Shown in pieces: positions 8,788-15,574 of a stretch of DNA of 15,574 nucleotides. The notes below the pieces were generated by a model that made no database searches, was not told the DNA's origin, and worked only from the letters and a program-made list of their open reading frames with translations. The stretch's first letter is position 1; every line of letters begins with the position of its first letter. The DNA is from Zygophlyctis sp. KS116. Lineage: Eukaryota; Fungi; Chytridiomycota. Location of the stretch: positions 1 through 15,574 of the forward strand of contig BAAFSQ010000233.1 in the NCBI GenBank assembly GCA_054661495.1, given 5' to 3'. The translations under genes were made by a program, and so were the position numbers.

Positions 8788-11700
8788 TCATTGATCTGGG
8801 AAAACGGTTTTACGCCGCTCCAACTGCCCAAGTTCATTCGTCTTTTGGAATATTTTGAAAAGTCCAGTCCCAACTCCCATAGGAACTCCCATAATAATGC
8901 ATTCAGAAACTCCACGAATAAGATCTGATTTCCCGTAAAATGATGCTTCAAAAAGATGATCTGTTGTTTTTTCAAAGGATGCCAACATCAAAACACTATC
9001 CTTCATTTTTGCAATTCCAAATCTAGTTATTCCTAAAATGTCACCTTTAAAGGTCATTAGATCGGCTAATAGCATTACGTGTCGCCTATCAATAGTCATA
9101 CCGTGGGATTTCATGGTGTATAGAATTTCATTAACAATTGTTAACCTTTAATCGTTAATTATAATCACTATACCTTGCAGCTTCTATTCCAAGAGTACTA
9201 AATGCTTCCAAGACATGATTTGATTTTGTGGTCCGTCCATCTATACCTTCCACTCCTAAAACCTCTTTAAGACCATAGCCTTCGACTAGTAAATTGAGAC
9301 GGTTTTCTCCTTCGATATCATTGATTACTGCCCTTCCAATCAAAGGAAATCCTTTAATGACAATCTTGGGAATCGCTCTCTTAAGAATATGCAACAGTAA
9401 AAGTGGATGTTCATGATCAGTCTCGGGGATAGTTACTTTGATTTCGTTGGGATAAAATACCGAAACATTCTATCATTAGCAAAAATTTAAGTTACAGCTG
9501 CGCCAATTTTTAATTTTGGAGCCTTCAAAATAGAAAATCTAATGGATTCTAAATCAACCTCCAACTAAAATATTAAGTAATTCACTTACATGCAATTTTT
9601 TAATTGTTTTCATATCAAACCGGATTCTAAGAGCACATTCTTGGTTTGAAACTATTTCCTGGATAAATTCAGTAACCTAAATTTAATCACATAAAGTCAT
9701 ACATCGCCTATAAGGGTTTTCTCTATCCTCCCCTTCACTACTCGTGCCGCGGCTTCGCAAGTGAGTCGTGCCTGTCTTTTTTGTTCTTCAGTTGATCCAT
9801 CTGGAACCCCGTATCCACCAGATTTAGATTCAAGAGAGGCATCGATAATTGGAGTTGAAATCTTTTTTGATGCATTGATAATTTCCTTAATACGTGGAAC
9901 ACCAAGAGTAACATTCATACTTGCAACTCCAGCAAAATGAAAAGTCTTGAGCGTCATTTGAGTACCAGGTTCTCCAATACTTTGGGCACCAACAGCTCCT
10001 ACAGCAGTTGCTTATTTGTAAATCTTAAATATTATATACCTGGCTCTATCATAGCTTTTGCATACTTTGTGCAGCAAATATTAAAAAATGTATTCAGCTG
10101 ATTAAGGGTGACGCTGTTCTTAGCAGCTGGATCTAGATGAGTTTATTCATAAAATCACTCACCTCCTTCAGAACTATAATGTTCATTCTCATCAAGTCCT
10201 GATGATAAACCCAGTGAAACTCGAGATGAGACTAGCTTATCGACAACTGATTTCTCAATGAAACTACTTAGAGCTTTCAAGAACTCTTCTGAGCATCCTT
10301 TAAATCGAGGTGCTAATATTTGATTCTCCTTTTCCTTTAAAATTTGCCACGGCAACAAATATTTTTTCTTTGGATCATTTAAATGAACTGCAATAGAATG
10401 TTTAAGATTTCTTGAAAACTCGACAGGTCTATCTGATCCTTCTATAGATGCAGGATCAAGGCCGTCATCTCCGTAATAAAATTGCAGTATATTCCCGGCT
10501 GAATCACGAACAGATAAATCGTAAGTACATTGCAAATCCTCCAAGGCCTTTATAGGTTTACCTCAATCAAAAGTACCTTCATCAGACGTCTACTCATATA
10601 TCCAGTTTCGGCTGTCTTAACGGCTGTATCAACGAGACCCTCTCTACCAGATACAGCATGGAAAAAGAATTCCGATGGGGTAAGCCCACTGTAAAAACTA
10701 TTTCTCACAAATCCTTTAGCAGCAGGAATTCGTGCTAGGGTTAAAAATTACTCGTAAGTTACAATTTTTTGGGAAATGAGGTAATGATCGGTCACCAAAA
10801 CCATCCGGAATTCGGCTACCGCTAATAATTTGCTGCCCGACACAAGCCACCATCTGCGAAACATTAATTTTTGACCCTTAAATATCTTAAAAACCCCAAT
10901 TACCTTTTGAGCCGCATAGAGACATAATCAGTGGTGCATTGTGCTTGTTGAGCTCATTAAAACATACTTGACCGACATCGTCACGAATTTTGCTAAGAAT
11001 ACCAGATAATTTAGCCTAGAATATTTAGTAATAACTATTACCTCCAATGTTTCATCTTGGTTTAAACCTGCCTGATTCGAAAGTTTTCCTTCTTTTGACA
11101 TACGAATAGCTTCATCACATTCTGAGTACCCTCTTTCAACGGTGAAATCTTTTTCCTTTGATAAACGAACTCCAGGCTGAACATCATCTATTCCGATCGA
11201 AAATCCTTGATTGGCGAGCCATCGTGCAGAAAGTTTAGCTAATCGATTCATACATTCTGCCGCAGCCTTGGCTCCAAAGTCTCTTAAAACAACATAAAAC
11301 AGAGAATTCTTGCTTCCATCACCGACTATAGCTTTGTCAACCACCCCGGAGATTATTTCTCCATTCATTATCACGAAATATCCATCATTACCACACATAC
11401 TACTATCTGGACTTAGAACTGAAGCATATTTAGCTTGACTGAAGCGAATCCCATTTTTATCCTTCTGATCTTTATCATAAGTTCTACATTTTGTTTCAAG
11501 ATTTACAGGCCAACCAGAGTTTCTCTTGGGACACAAGAGAATGTTGAAAACTTGTTTGCCGGTCCACAATGGACCAGGTTTTAGAATTGCAGGATGTGGC
11601 AAGTCAATGTCCATCAATCCATCACCCATGTATGTGCAAATCTGTGAAAATTGTGCTTGGTTATAAAATCGATCTTTTTTTGAGAGCAAAAAACTTGCAG

Positions 11701-13477
11701 TGATAAAATCCTGCGTAGCTGCGATCAAAGGTTCGCCATTTCTAGGCGTAACTAGATTCTCTTTTGTCTTTTATTAGTAACATTGATATATACCCCCATT
11801 AAACATACTGCTTCAGTACGAGCTTCTTCCGTCTGTGGAACATGAAGATTCATTTCATCCCCATCAAAATCAGCATTATATGGTGTGCAGACACATTCGT
11901 TGAATCTAAAGGTTCTCCATGGTCGAACTTTGACCTATTGTTAGAGAAAAATATTTAAATAAAATACAAAATGAGACATGATACTAAGCTTATGCAAAGA
12001 GGGCTGTCGATTAAATAGTACTATATCATCATCTTGTAAATGACGATCCACCATATCTCCTATCATCATGTCCGCAGCGATTTTATTCCTATTCCCAAAT
12101 TTCAAGAATCGCTTAAATCCTGTAGACTTTAAAGTGAGATATGTCGCCCCTGGATGAACATCCGGACCATTGATCACGTTTTTCCGCAACCTTTCAATGT
12201 TGAAAGCAGTAACCCGTTCCGGATAAGTTAAAACCTTTGCAACTCTTTCTGGCACAGCTACTTGGTCAATCCTTAAATTTGGATCCGGAGATATCACAGT
12301 TCTTCCTGAAAAATCTACTCTCTTACCAGATAAATTCCCACGAAATCTACCATGCTTACCCTTTAGTCTTTGGCAAAGCCCTTTTTTAATTTTTGGTAAA
12401 CTTCCTTGCAGGTGATTTGGGATACCTGGTAAATCACTAGTGATATACATTGCACACTGAAGCTGCAAGAAATCCCAGTACTCTACTACCAAAGGAGTTT
12501 GCGTACCATCTTCAACACAAGCACGAATTTTAGTGTTTATGTCAATAATTTCAGAAGCCAAAACAGATAAATCATCTTCAGTGCTTGAATTTTCTTGACC
12601 GACTGAAGGACGAGTACAAATTGGTAAAACCGGCAAAGCCTCCCAAATAAATAACTCTGGTCTACCTTTTGTCGGGTCTAAGCCAACTAATTCACAGTCC
12701 TATAGTATTAAAAAAACTCATTATCCTACCTCATCACTTATATCTTCGAAAAGCCTCTTGACAACCACTGGATTAAGATCTTCTTGAGCCTTGCTGATAT
12801 GATGTTTCAAAGTTGGATCTAATTCAATCGCATCCTCAAATGTTCTTCGAAACATTTCTTCCTCTGCTGCTGAAGCTTTACTTTTTTTCTTAAACTTCTC
12901 ATGCACAAGTTTAAGAGCTCCAATTTTCTTGATACTTCCATTTAATTCATCACAATGCGGACATCGAGTAGTTTTTTTACATAGTGTATTGATTGATTTG
13001 AAAATATCTTTCCGTTGAATCGAATCCAAATGCGGATTTCTGACTCTTTTTAAATATGTTCGCCTCGTCTTCTCATCAAGCATTACTTGAGAGCAATACT
13101 AATACTAAGATGAATGAATTTACCTTGCATATATTCTGTAAGACTGTAACCATTAGCTTAAAGTAACCAATATGAAAAACGGGCAAAGCCAATCTGATAA
13201 CTCCAAAATGACCCGCACACTCCTGAATTGATTCTCCGCAAGTGTCGCAACAACCAACTTTCTCAGAGGTTCCCAATCGTTTATCCAAAACTCCATACTT
13301 AGCAGGCGGTCTTTCTGGAACTGATATATCATAGAGATCTCTCTGATGCAGCTCCAGAACCGATAGCTGCTTAACATCTTGAGGAGAGAATACACCAAAT
13401 TCAATCTTTTTTCTATAAATTAATGCATTGATGCATTACACTCTTTTAGGGATTTGATCAACAACTGGACGTTTCAT
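8788..13477 (-). CDS. RPC1: RNA polymerase III largest subunit (Rpc1/Rpo31/POLR3A), 1424 aa, 15 introns
   Basis: Motifs [30 protein letters not shown], catalytic [31 protein letters not shown] and Pol III-type [20 protein letters not shown]; no CTD. Introns: 13413-13439, 13099-13123, 12700-12729, 11935-11967, 11768-11793, 11016-11041, 10877-10903, 10735-10762, 10548-10576, 10133-10162, 10011-10039, 9677-9702, 9565-9589, 9470-9495, 9146-9173. Spliced length is 4275 nt = 1425 codons. Confidence 0.98.
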
Positions 13478-13575
13478 CGACGCAAAAAACAGATCTCCTC
13501 ATCCTAGACATTTGGACTTTTGCACTAATGAAATACTATATTTATAAATTAAATATTTCGACAAAGAGTCTTTAA

Positions 13576-14795
13576 TTATCCTAGTTGACTTTGAATCCAT
13601 CCAATTATTTTATGATGAGTGGAATTTTGTCGAAATGGACTCCTTTGGCTTCTTCTTAGGGTCAAAGTTGGATCGTCGGAATCACTATCGTGAGTGATAA
13701 TGCAAGCCTGATCCCTAATTTTGCAAGATTTTAGTACATCCTGCTGGCATACGGGACATAGTCTATTATGATCAAGTAACCAAGGATCAATACTATATTT
13801 AGTATAGAATAAAAATACCATAAAGAATGAAACAAGTGTCTACACGGCAATGCTCGAACCTTGTTTTCAACTTGAAATTCTTCTAAACAGATACAACATG
13901 AGTCATGATAAGAGCTAATTTCAGATTTAAAAATTCCATGAAATGTTTTTAAATCTTGAATATTCTTTTGATCAAGTATTTTTTCAGGGAAACTAGTAGG
14001 TATCGTGCGCAAGTTTGGAACATATCTAGTCTGACTATTTGCTGATAATGCAAGACATCCATCAACGAGCAGCTGATAAAATCGAAATCTACGATAAATT
14101 ATGATACTGCCAATAATGTAAAGAATGAGCCAAGAGCTCATTACAATGAATTCAGATGCATAAATGACAATTAAATTAATCACAATTTCCAGTACAATAT
14201 TTTGAAAGGTTAATACATTTTGCAAATTTGATTTGATGATTACTTGATTGACTGATTTATTAGACATATAATCATGGATTATCCTATAATTTCCAGAAGT
14301 TATAGACAAAATGTTGATATGTAGGGATTGACTTAAATTTTCGCTTTCTAAAGAAGGCATTCTTTGTTGATTGTGCAATAAAACAGCTGAAAATCCTTTT
14401 TCTTGCGCATTTAAAGCCTTTGAGTATAGAGAACAATTTCCTTTTGAAATTATTAACATTGATAAGTCATCTGATTTCAATTCAAAATGATCAAGATCGC
14501 TTTTTAAACAACCGGCATCCAAAACATACAAATTGACTTGACCCTGTAAACTGGGAGAGTATTTTATAACTGAAGCAGGAACTGGAAGCCGATAATAATC
14601 GATCGGCATTGAGATTGATACAAATATTTCATACGGATCAATGTTTCTTTGAATCATGAGCATCAAGACTATGTTTATAATTGAGAACAAGACTGCAATC
14701 ACAAATAATGGCAAAATAAAAGATTTATAAGTTTTACCAATTAAAGGCATTACATCTGCGCAAGTTAGTGGGATCTCATCATTGTCCGAATCCAT
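13576..14795 (-). CDS. PA-domain transmembrane RING-H2 E3 ubiquitin ligase (RNF13/RNF167-like), ~397 aa
   Basis: First ATG at 14795. N-terminal TM segment, PA motif IISKGNCSLYSKALNAQEKGFSAVLLHN, second hydrophobic region. A 26-nt intron at 13793-13818 completes the RING-H2 CCICLEEF..RALPCRHLFHSLC|IDPWL..CPVC. Confidence 0.9.
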
Positions 14796-15006
14796 TTTTA
14801 CTCTTGATAACAATGACAAATCACGCTGAAAATGTCGGACGTCACTGATCTGTTTGCGCAAGTGATTTCAGTTTAATCATTTCACAAATTCTTATAATTC
14901 TTTTAGTAAAATAAAAGAGATTATTTGAAAGAACTAATAGACATGACTAATTTAAATTTAGAAATAGGCCACCACACTAAATAATAAAAATATACCAAAA
15001 TGATAA

Positions 15007-15039
15007 GGGGCTCTCCGGGAATCGAACCCGGGACCTGTC
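15007..15039 (-). pseudogene. 3' half of a tRNA-Pro gene (positions ~41-73)
   Basis: GAC AGGTC CCGGG TTCGATT CCCGG AGAGCCC C; 31 of 33 nt identical to 15422-15454. No 5' half is adjacent. Confidence 0.9.
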
Positions 15040-15165
15040 TTAAATGGGACTTTAAATGGGTCCTTAAGGGGTCCTTAATGGGACTTTAAATGGGACTTTA
15101 AATGGGTCCTTAAGGGGTCCTTAATGGGACTTTAAATGGGTCCTTAAGGGGTCCTTAAGGGGTCC
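15040..15165 (+). repeat. G-rich minisatellite, 11 units of 11-12 nt with a 46-nt higher-order period
   Basis: Units A=TTAAATGGGACT, B=TTAAATGGGTCC, C=TTAAGGGGTCC, D=TTAATGGGACT, in the order ABCD ABCD BCC. Confidence 0.95.
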
Positions 15166-15421
15166 TTTTACGACATTAATCCAACTGGAGAAGTAGTTTC
15201 TTTTGGAGGATCAAGCTGCTTAGTGTGGCTGTGATTGGTAATTGCATTCATAGATACTTTTTGATGCCAGCTGCTGTTTTGATCCAGGTTTGTTGTGGAT
15301 CATAATACGCATGGTCAGGTTTCAATTTGCCTATAGAGCATTTGAATTCGATGTCTCGTGATTATGATTGTAGAATATATGATAGGGAGCTTTATCCCAT
15401 GAGAAAAATAAAAAAATTAAG

Positions 15422-15493
15422 GGGGCTCTCGGGGAATCGAACCCCGGACCTGTCACACCCTAAGCGACCATTATACCACTAAACCAAGAGCCG
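15422..15493 (-). tRNA. tRNA-Pro (anticodon AGG), intronless
   Basis: CGGCTCT TG GTTT AGTGGT ATAAT G GTCGC TT AGG GT GTGAC AGGTC CGGGG TTCGATT CCCCG AGAGCCC C. T7 terminator on the minus strand at 15410-15416. Confidence 0.95.
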
Positions 15494-15574
15494 ATATTTT
15501 GTAACTTTGAAAAATCGCACTTTCTTATAAATTTGAGATAGCAATTTATCAATGTCCAATATGAATCTAATTAA

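Noticed and set aside
8766-8975. ORFs 8766..8975 (-) and 13153..13404 (-)
   Set aside because: TTG-start off-frame overlaps of RPC1 exons. The TAATG overlap with the DPY30 ATG is probably incidental.
4776-13477. Pseudogenisation, frameshifting or an alternative genetic code to explain the fragmented ORFs
   Set aside because: Every break is resolved by a 23-33 nt intron (all but one GT-AG), giving full-length in-frame proteins under the standard code.
14796-14861. TTG-initiated N-terminal extension of the RING ligase
   Set aside because: Eukaryotic gene; the first ATG in an AAAATG context at 14795 is the more plausible start.
15040-15165. CRISPR array or piggyBac-type element
   Set aside because: No unique spacers or cas genes. 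TTAA occurs at both ends of 15040-15420, but there are no convincing terminal inverted repeats.
15166-15400. Short minus-strand ORFs or ncRNA in the tRNA spacer
   Set aside because: Only ~30-codon frames, with no recognisable motif or extended structure.

Overview
AT-rich, very gene-dense eukaryotic DNA, most likely from an early-diverging (chytrid-like) fungus. That assignment is inferred from the Crinkler family, the fungal-type proteins and the fungal-type RNase P motif. The ORF track is fragmented because the genes carry micro-introns: I reconstructed 41 of them, all 23-33 nt. Gene order: Crinkler/CR-NTPase gene (-, runs off the window) with an inverted relic copy of its head; LENG1/Saf4-like gene (-); a Pol III-type unit with A/B-box leader encoding a ~200-nt RNase P-like RNA with a non-canonical P4 (+); RIX1-like (+); condensin YCG1/CAP-G (-, 18 introns, one apparently GT..TG); an orphan coiled-coil gene (+); DPY30/SDC1 (-, missed by the ORF track); RPC1 (-, 15 introns); a PA-TM-RING E3 ligase (-); a tRNA-Pro 3' half fused to an 11-unit G-rich minisatellite; and a full tRNA-Pro(AGG) with a C1.C72 mismatch. 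The most unusual signals are the remodelled mini RNase P RNA, the RPC1-DPY30 junction (21-nt in-frame gap, or an ATGA overlap) and the AG-less micro-intron. All models were built by hand and have no database or transcript support.
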